Below, piece after piece: positions 47,163 through 57,651 of a stretch of DNA of 64,000 nucleotides. This DNA comes from Puniceicoccales bacterium (GTDB taxonomy: Bacteria; Verrucomicrobiota; Verrucomicrobiia; Opitutales; UBA9783): NCBI GenBank assembly GCA_031258545.1, contig JAIRMU010000019.1, positions 4,716-68,715 of the forward strand, read 5' to 3'. The notes below the pieces were generated by a model. It did no database searches and had not been told where the DNA came from. It was given only the letters and a program-made list of their open reading frames with translations. How positions within the stretch are numbered: the first letter of the stretch is position 1; each line of letters begins with the position of its first letter. A program made the translations under genes and the position numbers.

Positions 47163-48677
47163 TTACAATAACGTCGTATTTAGAATCCACGCCAACAATC
47201 CCATAATAAACAAAACAAGCACCGATATCCACAGTAATCGCAAACTTCTGTCTTCCGTATCGGCCAATCTTTGCATTTGAGACATGAACGTAAAACGTCC
47301 TTTCATTTTACCTTTTGCCAAAAATCCATCATAATTTCTCTGCAGCAGATAAGTTTCCAGCTGCTTGATCGTATCCAATAAAACACCCACCGTAATGAGC
47401 GTTCCCGTACCCCCAAAAAATAAAGCTACTTTGTAGGGGATTTTGTATAAAAAATACAGCAAATCCGGAAATAAAGCTATGACCGTCAGAAATATTGCAC
47501 CCGCCAAGGTCAATCGGGTCATCACAAAATCTAAAAATTGAGCCGTTCCATCGCCGGGTCGCACACCGGGGATATATCCACCATTCTTTTTTAAATCATC
47601 CGCCACTTGCAGCGGTTTGAACATAATGGAAACCCAAAAATAACTAAACCCCAATATTAACAAACCGTAGACCGTATAATACAATCCGGAACCCTGCATA
47701 AGAATCATGGACCATTTTTGAAATACACTGACATCGAATGCAGCTCCCAAATAAGCTAACAATTGTTGGGGGAACATGATGAGAGCACTGGCAAAGATTA
47801 CTGGCATTACACCCGCATAATTTACTTTTAGGGGTAAAAAAGAACTCTGTCCTCCATACATTTTGCGACCCACAACCCGCTTTGCATACTGCACAACAAT
47901 CTTTCGCTGAGCTTGCGTCACCGCAATCATCGCAGCCACCACCGTAAACAGTAATACAATCATGAGTACCCCCTGGAGAAGGCCAAAACGCGTTCCATCT
48001 TCCAGTCCCAAAGGTTTTGTAAACAAACTGCCAAATAAATACACACTTTGGGGTAACCCCGATAATATGCCCACCGTAATCAATAGAGAAATGCCATTAC
48101 CCACACCCCGTTGTGTAATTTGCTCACCCAGCCATGTCAAAATTAGCGTTCCCGTCGTCAGCAACAACGTCGATACAAGCAAAAATGAAAAACCACCGTA
48201 TAGGGCAATGGGACCATAGGTGTTCACATCAAATCCCGGGAATAATTTGTCCGGATAATTGGTAAACGCCATCATCAGCAACCATCCCTGAATAAAACAA
48301 ATGATTAAGGTGAGATACCTGGTATACTGCATGAGCCGCTGACGGCCAAATTCCCCCTCCTGCTGTAATTTTGCCAGAGAAGGCAGCATGGCACCTAACA
48401 GCTGGAATATAATCGATGCACTGATGTAAGGCATAATCCCAAGACCGAAAATTGCACCTTTTAAAAAAGCTCCACCCGTAAATAAGTTGTACAATCCTAC
48501 CAATTGCCCTCCCCCTAACATTTTTTGATTTTCAAAAAAGGATTTTAAAGTTGTGGGATCAATGCCGGGCAATGGAATATTGCAACCTATTCTCGCCACA
48601 AAAAGTAAAGACAAGGTAAACACTATCCGCTGCCTTAATTCGGGAATTTTTAAACAATTTAAAAAAGCGGCAATCAT
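47163..48677 (-). CDS. secY: Preprotein translocase subunit SecY
   Basis: LGIMPYISASII, WLGEQIT.RG.GNG.SL.I, LPLKVN.AGV.P.IFAS, G.YIPGVRPG. Confidence 0.98.
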   Translation of the reverse strand: MIAAFLNCLKIPELRQRIVFTLSLLFVARIGCNIPLPGIDPTTLKSFFENQKMLGGGQLVGLYNLFTGGAFLKGAIFGLGIMPYISASIIFQLLGAMLPSLAKLQQEGEFGRQRLMQYTRYLTLIICFIQGWLLMMAFTNYPDKLFPGFDVNTYGPIALYGGFSFLLVSTLLLTTGTLILTWLGEQITQRGVGNGISLLITVGILSGLPQSVYLFGSLFTKPLGLEDGTRFGLLQGVLMIVLLFTVVAAMIAVTQAQRKIVVQYAKRVVGRKMYGGQSSFLPLKVNYAGVMPVIFASALIMFPQQLLAYLGAAFDVSVFQKWSMILMQGSGLYYTVYGLLILGFSYFWVSIMFKPLQVADDLKKNGGYIPGVRPGDGTAQFLDFVMTRLTLAGAIFLTVIALFPDLLYFLYKIPYKVALFFGGTGTLITVGVLLDTIKQLETYLLQRNYDGFLAKGKMKGRFTFMSQMQRLADTEDRSLRLLWISVLVLFIMGLLAWILNTTLL

Positions 48678-48686
48678 AATTCCAAA

Positions 48687-49133
48687 TTACATCGCTATAA
48701 ACTGACCACCCGCAGCTTCCAGTTTAGATTTAGCACCGGCGGTAATTTTATCTATTTTTACGGAAAATGCACGTGTAACTTCACCCGTCCCCAACAATTT
48801 TATAGGCATCGATTGGGTGCTGATCAATCCTGCACGCAATAAAACATTGCCATCCACAATACCCGAAAAATCTTGGGCCAATTTTTCTTCCAAATCCCCC
48901 AAAGAAATCAATTGATGGTGCGCTTTAAACTTTGCATTATTAAAGCCTCTCTTGGGAAAACGACGATAAAGCGGAATACCTGAAAAATTAGTGGGCGTAG
49001 AATATCCAGAACGGGCATTGCCTCCCTTATTTCCACGGGAAGAAGTCTTCCCATGGCCACTTCCACGGCCACAGCCCAAACGTTTTACCTTTTTTGAACG
49101 ATCCGCGGTTTTTGGCAATTCACTCAATTTCAT
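48687..49133 (-). CDS. rplO: 50S ribosomal protein L15
   Basis: RLG.G.GSG.GKTS.RG.KG..ARSG, P.YRR.PKRGF; start set at ATG 49133. Confidence 0.96.
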   Translation of the reverse strand: MKLSELPKTADRSKKVKRLGCGRGSGHGKTSSRGNKGGNARSGYSTPTNFSGIPLYRRFPKRGFNNAKFKAHHQLISLGDLEEKLAQDFSGIVDGNVLLRAGLISTQSMPIKLLGTGEVTRAFSVKIDKITAGAKSKLEAAGGQFIAM

Positions 49134-49155
49134 CCCTAAAATTCCTCCAATCGGT

Positions 49156-49722
49156 TTACACGCTTCCTCGGTCCACATCTGCACTTTTCAGAGCCATCAC
49201 CTGCTCCCTTGTGCGTAACTTCAATAGGGCATCCAATGTTGCACGTACCATAGCGAGGTGATTATTGGACCCCAATGACTTGGATAAAACATCCTTCACA
49301 CCGATTACTTCCAATACGGCTCGAACACCTCCTCCGGCAATAACACCGGTACCCGGACAAGCAGGTTTCAAAATAACATGCCCACCATCCGCGCACCCCG
49401 TGGTCACATGTGGAATCGTAGTATTGAGTAAAGAAACTTGAAAAATATTCTTCTTGGCGTTTCCACTTGCCTTACGAATAGCATCCGACACTTCTTTAGA
49501 TTTACCTTGCCCAATACCTATTAATCCATTTTTGTTCCCGGCCACAACCAAAACTCCAAAACTAAAACGACGACCTCCCTTGACAACTTTGGCACAACGA
49601 TTAATCTGAACCACCTTCTCATTCCACCCTTGAATGGGTTCCGAGACAAGCAATTTAGATTGATTTCCTAAGTTTTCAAATTCTCGCGTAAATTTACCTT
49701 CTTCTTTGACCTTCGTAACCAT
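49156..49722 (-). CDS. rpsE: 30S ribosomal protein S5
   Basis: INRCAKVVKGGRRFSF, G.GKS.EV..AI.KA, PA..GTGVIAGG. Confidence 0.97.
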   Translation of the reverse strand: MVTKVKEEGKFTREFENLGNQSKLLVSEPIQGWNEKVVQINRCAKVVKGGRRFSFGVLVVAGNKNGLIGIGQGKSKEVSDAIRKASGNAKKNIFQVSLLNTTIPHVTTGCADGGHVILKPACPGTGVIAGGGVRAVLEVIGVKDVLSKSLGSNNHLAMVRATLDALLKLRTREQVMALKSADVDRGSV

Positions 49723-49731
49723 AAATACTTT

Positions 49732-50094
49732 TTAAAAATGAATATCCTGCGATCTGACAGCCTCCGCAAAGGCCTTTACACAACCATGATACGAGCGGCC
49801 GGAACGATCAAAAACAACCGACCCAATGCCCTTTGTTTTCAAATGAGCTCCAAAAGCTTTTCCAAAAGCCTCTGAACCCGAATAATTGGGCTTCAAATTT
49901 TGTCCCTTCAAATCCTTTGACAAAGAAGATAAGGCTTCGAGCGTTTTTCCAACCGTATCATCGATACATTGCGCATACATATGTTTATTGGAAAGACGTA
50001 AAGCCAAACGGGGGCGCTCCGAAGTACCCTTTACCTTTGAACGAATTCTGAAACGCCGATTTTTTTCCAAACGTTGCTTTTCAAACAATTTCAT
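49732..50094 (-). CDS. rplR: 50S ribosomal protein L18
   Basis: RPRL....SNKH.YAQ.IDD, VVFDR.G..YHG.VKA.AE. Confidence 0.96.
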   Translation of the reverse strand: MKLFEKQRLEKNRRFRIRSKVKGTSERPRLALRLSNKHMYAQCIDDTVGKTLEALSSLSKDLKGQNLKPNYSGSEAFGKAFGAHLKTKGIGSVVFDRSGRSYHGCVKAFAEAVRSQDIHF

Positions 50095-50102
50095 ACCCTT
50101 AA

Positions 50103-50639
50103 CTAAGCCTTTTTCTTACCTTCCTTATGACGAACAAATTCACCCGCAATGCGTACCCCTTTACCTTTATAAGGTTCAACCGGATAATAATATTTAATAT
50201 GCGCGGCTACTTGCCCAACCAAGTGTTTATCGGCACCTTCCACATGCACCTTCGTACCATCTTTAACTTGAATCGCAATACCTTCGGGAATCTTGTACTT
50301 AATGGCATGCGAAAAACCTAAAGCTAAATCCAATGTATTGCCATTTAAGGTGGCTTTAAACCCTACACCTTGTATTTCCAAATCTTTAGAAAACACCTCC
50401 TGTACACCGCGCACCATGTTTGCCAATATGGAACGCGCCGTGCCGTGCATGGCCTGCGACAATCGGTCGGATCCCAGAGGCATAACGGTTAACGTATTGG
50501 AATCCTGCTGAACTTTAACGCAGGAAGCAAATGTTTTTTTCAAAACACCTTTAGGCCCTGTCACCGTAACCTCCGAACCCACAACATTTACCTTAACCTT
50601 GTCTCCCAAAACAATGGGCAGCTTCCCTTTCCTACTCAT
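50103..50639 (-). CDS. rplF: 50S ribosomal protein L6
   Basis: MSR.GK.PI, V.GPKG.L, G.GF.A, LGFSH, PYKGKG. Confidence 0.97.
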   Translation of the reverse strand: MSRKGKLPIVLGDKVKVNVVGSEVTVTGPKGVLKKTFASCVKVQQDSNTLTVMPLGSDRLSQAMHGTARSILANMVRGVQEVFSKDLEIQGVGFKATLNGNTLDLALGFSHAIKYKIPEGIAIQVKDGTKVHVEGADKHLVGQVAAHIKYYYPVEPYKGKGVRIAGEFVRHKEGKKKA

Positions 50640-50641
50640 AC

Positions 50642-51031
50642 TCACCACACTTTACAAATTAACTCACCACCCACACACATTTGTTTAGCTTGTTTCCCAC
50701 TTAAAATACCTCTCGACGTAGACAAAATACATATGCCTAACCCACTTAACACACTTGGAATCTTATCTTTCCTTACATACCAACGTGCACCTGGCTTACT
50801 ACAACGTTTTAAAACACTTAAAACCGAAACCCCTTTCACATACTTCAATTGAATTTCCAAGTCTTTTAGCCCATTTTCGTTACAGATCTCATTTACATTT
50901 GCAATATAACCTTCTTGTTTTAAAAGCAAAGCTATCTCTTTACGCATATTTGAAAATTGTGTTTTACATGCCGATTTCTGCGCACGAACCGCATTACGAA
51001 TTATTGTTAAAAAATCACCTATCGTATCCAT
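50642..51031 (-). CDS. rpsH: 30S ribosomal protein S8
   Basis: D.IGDFLT.IRNA, SKPG.R.Y, G.GI.ILSTS.G, GGE..C.VW. Confidence 0.97.
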   Translation of the reverse strand: MDTIGDFLTIIRNAVRAQKSACKTQFSNMRKEIALLLKQEGYIANVNEICNENGLKDLEIQLKYVKGVSVLSVLKRCSKPGARWYVRKDKIPSVLSGLGICILSTSRGILSGKQAKQMCVGGELICKVW

Positions 51032-51035
51032 ATCG

Positions 51036-51341
51036 TTACCAAGAAGCTTTTGTTACACCCGGCAGTAAGCCTTTCAAAGCAAATTCGCGCAAGGTTAAAC
51101 GCGAAACACCAAATTTCCCAAAATATCCACGCGCACGCCCGGTAATTGAACAGCGATTTCGCACACGCACGGGGGAAGAATTTCTTGGCAACAAAGCCAA
51201 TTCACGCTGGGTCTTAAAAAATGCATCATCCGAAACCTCTAAATTCAACAATTTAGACTTCAATGCACGACGTCTTTCCCCGTGCTTTTCAACCAAATGC
51301 ATACGCTTCTTATTCCGCTCTACAGAAGATGTTTTCGCCAT
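51036..51341 (-). CDS. rpsN: 30S ribosomal protein S14 (long, zinc-independent type)
   Basis: [28 protein letters not shown]. Confidence 0.97.
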   Translation of the reverse strand: MAKTSSVERNKKRMHLVEKHGERRRALKSKLLNLEVSDDAFFKTQRELALLPRNSSPVRVRNRCSITGRARGYFGKFGVSRLTLREFALKGLLPGVTKASW

Positions 51342-51349
51342 AAAATTCC

Positions 51350-51910
51350 CTATTTTCTAAATACTACGCCCAGTCCCTTCAATAAACTTAAACCTTCTTT
51401 ATCAGAACGCGCAGTGGTTACGATGGCAATATCCATTCCAATGTTTTGACGATTGCTGGATTCCACCTTAATTTCTGGAAAAATAGTATGATCTACTATG
51501 CCCACATTTAAATTACCTCGACGGTCCATTTTTTTGGATACACCTCTAAAATCTCGAATCACCGGAAAAGCAATGTTAATTAAACGATATAGAAAATCGT
51601 ACATGCGATTTCCCCGCAAGGTTACTTTGACGCCGGTAGGCACCCCTTGTCGCAGTTTAAAATTTGAAATACTTTTTTTGGCCTTTGTAATCAAAGGTTT
51701 CTGCCCGGCGATCAAGCCTACCTCTTTAACCAATTGTTCCACATGCGCCTTATCGGCATCCGCATTAATTCTAGAATTTAAAACAACTTTTTCAACCTTT
51801 GGTACAACGTGAATATTGCCGTAACCAAATTGTTTCTTCAGATTTGGAACCACCTGCTTAAAATAATAATCCTTCAATACAGGTCCCGTCTTCATTTGAT
51901 TGCTTCCCAT
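51350..51910 (-). CDS. rplE: 50S ribosomal protein L5
   Basis: VPK.EKVV.N, GQKP..TKAKKSI.NFKLR.G, VTLRG..MY.F, P..RDFRG. Confidence 0.97.
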   Translation of the reverse strand: MGSNQMKTGPVLKDYYFKQVVPNLKKQFGYGNIHVVPKVEKVVLNSRINADADKAHVEQLVKEVGLIAGQKPLITKAKKSISNFKLRQGVPTGVKVTLRGNRMYDFLYRLINIAFPVIRDFRGVSKKMDRRGNLNVGIVDHTIFPEIKVESSNRQNIGMDIAIVTTARSDKEGLSLLKGLGVVFRK

Positions 51911-51929
51911 TTAAAATATCCTTTACCCA

Positions 51930-52202
51930 TCACTGCAATGAACGCGCCGACCGTTTTTGAGCCCTTTTTTCTGATTCCACCAAGGCCATAACGTTGGAAT
52001 AATGAATCGGCATTTCTTTTTCCACAATACTACCCGTAGCATTCTCCTGCGTCTTTTTCAAATGCTTTTTGTGTAAATTGACACCTTCCACAAGCACCTT
52101 CTGGGTTTCGCGAAAAACTTTTAAAATCTTCCCCTTTTTTCCCTTGTGGGCCCCCGCAATGATTACAACATCACTCCCTTTTTTCAAAAAATATTTCATC
52201 AT
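51930..52202 (-). CDS. rplX: 50S ribosomal protein L24
   Basis: KKG..V..IAG..KGK.G, V.VEGVN..KKH, E.PIH.SNV. Confidence 0.96.
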   Translation of the reverse strand: MMKYFLKKGSDVVIIAGAHKGKKGKILKVFRETQKVLVEGVNLHKKHLKKTQENATGSIVEKEMPIHYSNVMALVESEKRAQKRSARSLQ

Positions 52203-52564
52203 ATCACCTCCGGAGCCAACGAAATAATCTTCATAAAATTCTTTTGTCGCAATTCGCGAGCGATGGGACCAAATACACGCGTACCCTTCGGATTGTCGTT
52301 ACCATCAATAATAATGCAAGCATTCGTATCAAATCGCAAAAAACTTCCATCTTTGCGGGCAATGGGATGTTTTGTTCTAACAATCACAGCGCGAACAACA
52401 CTTCCCTTTTTTACATTGGCCTCTGGAGTGCTTTCTTTAACGGCCGCAATAATCACATCACCCACTTTGGCAATACGTTTATTCTGACCCAAGCGACGGA
52501 TCATGGCCACATACTTTGCTCCCGTATTATCGGCAACCTCCAATCGACTATTCATCTGCAACAT
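52199..52564 (-). CDS. rplN: 50S ribosomal protein L14
   Basis: [19 protein letters not shown]....FD.NA.III, P.GTR.FGP.ARELR. Confidence 0.97.
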   Translation of the reverse strand: MLQMNSRLEVADNTGAKYVAMIRRLGQNKRIAKVGDVIIAAVKESTPEANVKKGSVVRAVIVRTKHPIARKDGSFLRFDTNACIIIDGNDNPKGTRVFGPIARELRQKNFMKIISLAPEVI

Positions 52565-52581
52565 AATCCACCCCTTTACGC

Positions 52582-52845
52582 TTAAATTTTCTCCAATACA
52601 CGAACGACGCGCCAACGCTTCATGTGACTCAGGGGACGCGTGGACATAATCTCCACCTTATCTCCCACATTACAAACATTATCGGCATCGTGGACATGCA
52701 ATACCGTCTTACGTTTTATCTCTTTGCGATAAAGACTATGGGGCCGCTTATAAAAGAAAACGACCTTAATCGATTTATCACCCGAACGGCTTGTAACGTT
52801 CCCTATCAAAATTTTACGCTGTTTTCTCTCCACCAAACGATTCAT
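52582..52845 (-). CDS. rpsQ: 30S ribosomal protein S17
   Basis: RK...G.V.S...DK, H..Y.K, HD..N....GD.V.I..TRPLS..KRWR. Confidence 0.96.
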   Translation of the reverse strand: MNRLVERKQRKILIGNVTSRSGDKSIKVVFFYKRPHSLYRKEIKRKTVLHVHDADNVCNVGDKVEIMSTRPLSHMKRWRVVRVLEKI

Positions 52846-52854
52846 CTATGTTTC

Positions 52855-53046
52855 CTATATTTTAACCTGTCGAGACAACGCCATTTTCATACGCGCTATG
52901 TCTTTACGTAAGCCGCGCATTACCGAGGGACTTTTAAGCTGTCCTAATCCTTTTTTCATCCGCAATTCAAAATATTGTTGCGAAAATTCAGCAATTCGTT
53001 CGCGCATTTCTCCCGGTGTTAACTTTAAAATATCCTTAGTTTTCAT
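52855..53046 (-). CDS. rpmC: 50S ribosomal protein L29
   Basis: F.LR...G.GQL..P...R..RKDIAR; canonical position between rplP and rpsQ. Confidence 0.94.
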   Translation of the reverse strand: MKTKDILKLTPGEMRERIAEFSQQYFELRMKKGLGQLKSPSVMRGLRKDIARMKMALSRQVKI

Positions 53047-53059
53047 TATAAAATTTCAC

Positions 53060-53491
53060 TCAAAAACGCTGCATTAAAGCTTCTCGGCTTAAAAAACGAC
53101 AACGGAGGCCCAATTTCCTATCCGCCAAACTCATGGCTTCCCTGGCCATGGCGAACGAAATACCTGCCAATTCAAACAAAATGGCACCCGGTTTTGCCAC
53201 GGCTACCCAATATTCTACATTCCCTTTCCCTTTACCCATGCGTGTTTCGGCAGGCTTTTGGGTGATTGGTTTTTGAGGAAATACACGCATCCACATTTTC
53301 CCTTTTCTTTTTAAGTGGCGGTTGATTGCAACACGCGCAGCTTCCAACTGTGCGGCCGTAATTTGCCCTCGCTCCACAACTTGAATACCAAAATCTCCAA
53401 AAGCTAACGTGTCACCCCCCTTCGCATTACCGTACACACGTCCCTTCTGAACTTTACGATATTTTGTCTTAGCTGGAAGTAAAATCGCCAT
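53060..53491 (-). CDS. rplP: 50S ribosomal protein L16
   Basis: P.KTKYRK.QKGR, Q.EAARVA, KP.ETRMGKGKG..E.W. Confidence 0.97.
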   Translation of the reverse strand: MAILLPAKTKYRKVQKGRVYGNAKGGDTLAFGDFGIQVVERGQITAAQLEAARVAINRHLKRKGKMWMRVFPQKPITQKPAETRMGKGKGNVEYWVAVAKPGAILFELAGISFAMAREAMSLADRKLGLRCRFLSREALMQRF

Positions 53492-53504
53492 ATAAAACCC
53501 TATT

Positions 53505-54128
53505 TTAATTATTACTGTGACAGATCCAACATTTTACACCAATGGTGCCGTAAACGGTTTGAGCTTCGTTAAAACCGTAATCCACATCGGCACGTAATGT
53601 ATGCAAAGGTACACTCCCCGCTCGCTGCGATTCCGTTCTTGCAATTTCAGCCCCACCTAAACGACCAGAACATTGCACACGAATGCCTTTGGCCCCCATA
53701 CTCATTGCCAATTGAATGGCTTTTTTCATGGCGCGTCTAAATGAAACTCTTTTCTCCAATTGCAGGGCAACATTTTCTGCCACCAATTGGGCTATCAAAT
53801 CAGGATTTTTAAGATCTTGCACATCCAATAAGACATCCTTGCACACTAATTTTTGTAGCTGATCCTTAATTTTTTCAAGTTCCTGACCCTTCCTGCCAAT
53901 AATAACCCCTGGACGACCACTTAGGACTGTAATTCGGATGCGAGAACCCGCACGCTCTAATAAAATATCCTGCACGGAAGCATAACGTAACTTTTTGTGT
54001 AAAAATTCACGAATCTTATAATCTTCGGCAATCCACAAAGCATAACGACTTCCAGCGGCATACCAACGCGAACGCCAATCTCTACGCACCGAAAGTCGAA
54101 AACCGATAGGATTTACTTTTTGTCCCAT
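53505..54128 (-). CDS. rpsC: 30S ribosomal protein S3
   Basis: MGQKVNP.GFRL, RPG..IG.KG, GRLGGAEIAR.E, G.VPLHTLRAD.DY. Confidence 0.98.
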   Translation of the reverse strand: MGQKVNPIGFRLSVRRDWRSRWYAAGSRYALWIAEDYKIREFLHKKLRYASVQDILLERAGSRIRITVLSGRPGVIIGRKGQELEKIKDQLQKLVCKDVLLDVQDLKNPDLIAQLVAENVALQLEKRVSFRRAMKKAIQLAMSMGAKGIRVQCSGRLGGAEIARTESQRAGSVPLHTLRADVDYGFNEAQTVYGTIGVKCWICHSNN

Positions 54129-54131
54129 AAT

Positions 54132-54491
54132 TTACTTCTTATCATCCTTTTCAATCTTATCCTTGGAGGTCAACACAATTCTAATGTGACTTGTCCGTTT
54201 TCGAATGGGATGTGCTGACCCCCGGGCGACCGCCTGAAACCTTTTAATAGCTGGCCCTTCATTCACAATGGCTTCCGATAAAGTCAACTGATCTATCGAC
54301 AAATTAAAATTATTTTCAGCATTTGCCACAGCACTTTTTAAAGTTTTAAACATCAAGCGAGCTGATTTTCTAGGAATCCACTTCAAACTTTGCAAAGCAC
54401 CGTCCGCAGGCATGCCTACCAAATTTCTCGCCAAAGCACGCACTTTCAGCGGAGAAATTCGCACATATTTTGTTACCGCTTGAATTTTCAT
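54132..54491 (-). CDS. rplV: 50S ribosomal protein L22
   Basis: [24 protein letters not shown]....ARG.A..I.KRTSHI. Confidence 0.97.
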   Translation of the reverse strand: MKIQAVTKYVRISPLKVRALARNLVGMPADGALQSLKWIPRKSARLMFKTLKSAVANAENNFNLSIDQLTLSEAIVNEGPAIKRFQAVARGSAHPIRKRTSHIRIVLTSKDKIEKDDKK

Positions 54492-54763
54492 AAGGCCTTC
54501 TGCGTATGAGGATTATGCGATTTAAAAGTCCGTGTCGGTGCAAATTCACCCAATTTATGCCCCACCATATTTTCCGTAACGTAAACCGGGAAAAAACTTT
54601 TCCCATTATGTACATTAAAATTTAAACCCACAAACTCGGGTGTAATGGTGGACCGACGGGACCAAGTTTGAATAGGCTTTTTGTTTCCAGATTTTTGAGA
54701 TAAATCCACCTTATCCATCAATTTTGGATCCACAAAAAAACCTTTCTTTAGCGAACGTGCCAT
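54488..54763 (-). CDS. rpsS: 30S ribosomal protein S19
   Basis: [34 protein letters not shown]. Confidence 0.98.
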   Translation of the reverse strand: MARSLKKGFFVDPKLMDKVDLSQKSGNKKPIQTWSRRSTITPEFVGLNFNVHNGKSFFPVYVTENMVGHKLGEFAPTRTFKSHNPHTQKAL

Positions 54764-54770
54764 AATTCCT

Positions 54771-55613
54771 TTATCCTCTTTTTAATTTTTTTCCACTACG
54801 ACGGATTAAAATATATTTGTTGGTAACATTTTTACGTTTCCTCGTTATGTAACCTTTTGCAAGTTGTCCCCATGGTGACACCGGATGATTCCCTCCGCCC
54901 GTCTGGCCACCTCCCATGGGATGATCTACGGGATTCATGGCCACACCTCGAACGCTTGGCCGACGCCCCTTCCAACGTTTACGACCCGCCTTCCCAAGAA
55001 TTACATTCTGATGATCAACATTGCCAACCCTACCAATCGTAGCCCGACAACGCGCATCCACCAAGCGGATTTCACCGCTGGGCATTTTTAAAGAAGCGCA
55101 TCCATCCTCAAGACTTACCAATTCCAATCCAACACCTGCTCCACGAGCCAATTGAGCCCCTTTGCCCGGAACCAATTCAACCGCATGCACCTTCATGGCC
55201 AATGGAATACACGACAACGGAAAATTCATTCCAATGCGGTAATTGGACACGGGTTTATCCAAACTCACCACAGAATCACCGATCGCCAAGCCTTCGGGTG
55301 CTAAAATATAACGCTTTTCTCCGTCAACGTACTTCAAAAGTGCCAAATGTGCAGAACGATTTGGATCATATTCTATGGATTCTACGGTTGCGGCAACATT
55401 ATATTTATCCCTTTTAAAATCAACCAAACGATACAAACGTTTATGCCCACCTCCACGATGACGACACGTAATGCGTCCATAACAATTACGCCCACGATTG
55501 TACTGAAAACCTACCGTCAAACTGGGTTCGGGCTCTTTTTTAGACGTCCATGACTTATTTTTTACCAAAAATCGTTGTCCCGGCGTTAAAGGAGTACTTT
55601 TTATCAATATCAT
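54771..55613 (-). CDS. rplB: 50S ribosomal protein L2
   Basis: [44 protein letters not shown]. Confidence 0.98.
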   Translation of the reverse strand: MILIKSTPLTPGQRFLVKNKSWTSKKEPEPSLTVGFQYNRGRNCYGRITCRHRGGGHKRLYRLVDFKRDKYNVAATVESIEYDPNRSAHLALLKYVDGEKRYILAPEGLAIGDSVVSLDKPVSNYRIGMNFPLSCIPLAMKVHAVELVPGKGAQLARGAGVGLELVSLEDGCASLKMPSGEIRLVDARCRATIGRVGNVDHQNVILGKAGRKRWKGRRPSVRGVAMNPVDHPMGGGQTGGGNHPVSPWGQLAKGYITRKRKNVTNKYILIRRSGKKLKRG

Positions 55614-55626
55614 ACCAATTTTACCT

Positions 55627-55929
55627 TTACATCATATCAATCTTATAGCCCTTTGCCAAGATAACCATCGCTTTTTTCATACCTCCCACATAACCGGGAC
55701 GAGCACGCCGCATGCGACTACGTTTTACTTTAGCTTTCCTATTTAAAATTCGAACCTCCTTGACCTTCACTTTGAACGCATTCTCTACCGCCGCTTTTAC
55801 TTCCAAACGGTTTGCCTCTCGAGCAACTTCAAACGTATAACAGGCATCCTTCGAAGTTAACAAGCTTGCTTTCTCCGTTACTCTGCTCTCTTTTATCACT
55901 TTACAAGGCTCTATCATAGTAACTTTCAT
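55627..55929 (-). CDS. rplW: 50S ribosomal protein L23
   Basis: VTEKA, YTF.V...AN..E.K.AVE..F.VKV..V, KKA.V.L; start at ATG 55929 or 55917. Confidence 0.94.
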   Translation of the reverse strand: MKVTMIEPCKVIKESRVTEKASLLTSKDACYTFEVAREANRLEVKAAVENAFKVKVKEVRILNRKAKVKRSRMRRARPGYVGGMKKAMVILAKGYKIDMM

Positions 55930-55936
55930 GTTCCCA

Positions 55937-56560
55937 TCAACCAATTCGATCCAAAAATGAGAGTAATGCCCGCTCGGTAACCAATATGTTGGTATAGCGG
56001 CACAAATCCAACGCATTCAAAGAGGACGTGTCAACCGTATACACACGATCTAAATTACGCGCCGATAGCAAAACATTTTTTTCGAATTCGTTATCCACCA
56101 ACAAAATTTTGCCTTTAACCATCCAATTATGCAACCACTGTACCATTAAAGAAGTTTTAGGGCAATCAAACGGTCTCAAACACTCCAAAATCGACAACTT
56201 ACCTTCGGAAACCGTATCAAACAAAGCGCGTCGCAAAGCCAATTTTTTTTCTTTTTTATTGATGGAAACCGAAAAATCGCGCGGTTTTGGACCAAAAACA
56301 ACACCACCTCCTCGCCAAATTGGACTTCTTTTTTCACCTTGACGCGCCATGCCGGTCCCCTTTTGCCGATAAGGCTTTTTACCCGATCCTTGCACATCGC
56401 CTCGCGTTTTTGTACACGCGTTCCCTTGCCGCAAATTGGATTGATAAGCCAATATAACATCTTTCAATGTTTGGAGACCACGGTCCTCTTCAAATGTAGG
56501 AATATTATACTCCCGTTCTTCTCGAAAAACACCATCAACACCGTAAAAATTAACCTTCAT
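55937..56560 (-). CDS. rplD: 50S ribosomal protein L4
   Basis: RQG...TK.R.DV.GSGKKP.RQKGTG.AR.G..RSP.WRGGG..FGP.PR. Confidence 0.97.
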   Translation of the reverse strand: MKVNFYGVDGVFREEREYNIPTFEEDRGLQTLKDVILAYQSNLRQGNACTKTRGDVQGSGKKPYRQKGTGMARQGEKRSPIWRGGGVVFGPKPRDFSVSINKKEKKLALRRALFDTVSEGKLSILECLRPFDCPKTSLMVQWLHNWMVKGKILLVDNEFEKNVLLSARNLDRVYTVDTSSLNALDLCRYTNILVTERALLSFLDRIG

Positions 56561-56571
56561 ACGCTTCTTCC

Positions 56572-57204
56572 TTACGCTTTCTTGGCTTGCCTGATCATGA
56601 CGAAGCTCCCCTTAACGCCAGGAATACTTCCCTTTACCAAGATTAAACCCTTTTCCGGAACCGTTTTAACAATCACTAAATTTTGTACAGTCGTACGTAC
56701 GGCCCCCATATGCCCCGGCATTTTTTGATTTTTGGTAATGTGCCCCATACGACGAAAATGCCCAAATCCTCCACCACGCCTATGCGACATAGAACCGTGC
56801 GAAGCACGTCCTCCCGCAAACTCATAACGCTTTACGACTCCCTGAAACCCTTTGCCTTTCGATTGGGCAATAACGTCAACCATCTGGCCTTCCCGAAAAA
56901 GATCAACCGTCAATTTCTGTCCCAACGAAAAATTGCCCACATCTTCCGTGGTAAATTCCCTAAAGGAAGCCAATTTATCCTGCACCCCAGCTTTTCCCAA
57001 ATGACCCATAATGGACTTACTCACATGATTTTTTTCTTGATAGGCAAATTGTACCGCCTCGTATCCATCCTTTTCTTTCGTTTTAATCTGAGTAATCGTA
57101 CAGGGTTCCGCCAAAATGACCGTAACAGGCAACAGGCAACTGTTTTTATCAAACAACTGTGTCATACCTATTTTTTTCCCCACAATTAATAATCTATCTT
57201 GCAT
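56572..57204 (-). CDS. rplC: 50S ribosomal protein L3
   Basis: GKK.GMTQ.F, DGYEAVQ, SKGKGFQG.VKR..F.GG..SHG, M.GHMG. Confidence 0.97.
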   Translation of the reverse strand: MQDRLLIVGKKIGMTQLFDKNSCLLPVTVILAEPCTITQIKTKEKDGYEAVQFAYQEKNHVSKSIMGHLGKAGVQDKLASFREFTTEDVGNFSLGQKLTVDLFREGQMVDVIAQSKGKGFQGVVKRYEFAGGRASHGSMSHRRGGGFGHFRRMGHITKNQKMPGHMGAVRTTVQNLVIVKTVPEKGLILVKGSIPGVKGSFVMIRQAKKA

Positions 57205-57295
57205 AACATTAAACGGCCAATCATCGTCTTCTCATAACATACCTACATTCGACACAAAATAAATACACCTTCTCTGTCAACGCTATTTAAAAAAA

Positions 57296-57604
57296 TTAAA
57301 GATGAATTGCAATCTCTATGCCCGCAGGCAGGTTCAACTTCTTCAAATCGTCCACCGTTTGTGGCGTAGGATCTATAATTATAATCAGGCGACTGTGGGT
57401 ACGTAGTTCAAATTGATCCATAGATTTTTTATCGACGTGCGGCGAACGATTCACCGAAAATCGTTCAATTTTAATAGGCATTGGAATAGGTCCACAAATT
57501 CTGGAACCCGACCTCTTAACCGTATCAACAATTTCAAACGTAGACTGATCGACCATACGATAATCAAATCCTTTTAACTTTATTCTAATTTTTTGCCCAG
57601 CCAT
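57296..57604 (-). CDS. rpsJ: 30S ribosomal protein S10
   Basis: KIRIKLK.FD...[24 protein letters not shown]. Confidence 0.98.
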   Translation of the reverse strand: MAGQKIRIKLKGFDYRMVDQSTFEIVDTVKRSGSRICGPIPMPIKIERFSVNRSPHVDKKSMDQFELRTHSRLIIIIDPTPQTVDDLKKLNLPAGIEIAIHL

Positions 57605-57651
57605 CTGAATTCTTTCTTTATTTTTTTGCGAACATTTTATCAAACATCCTA

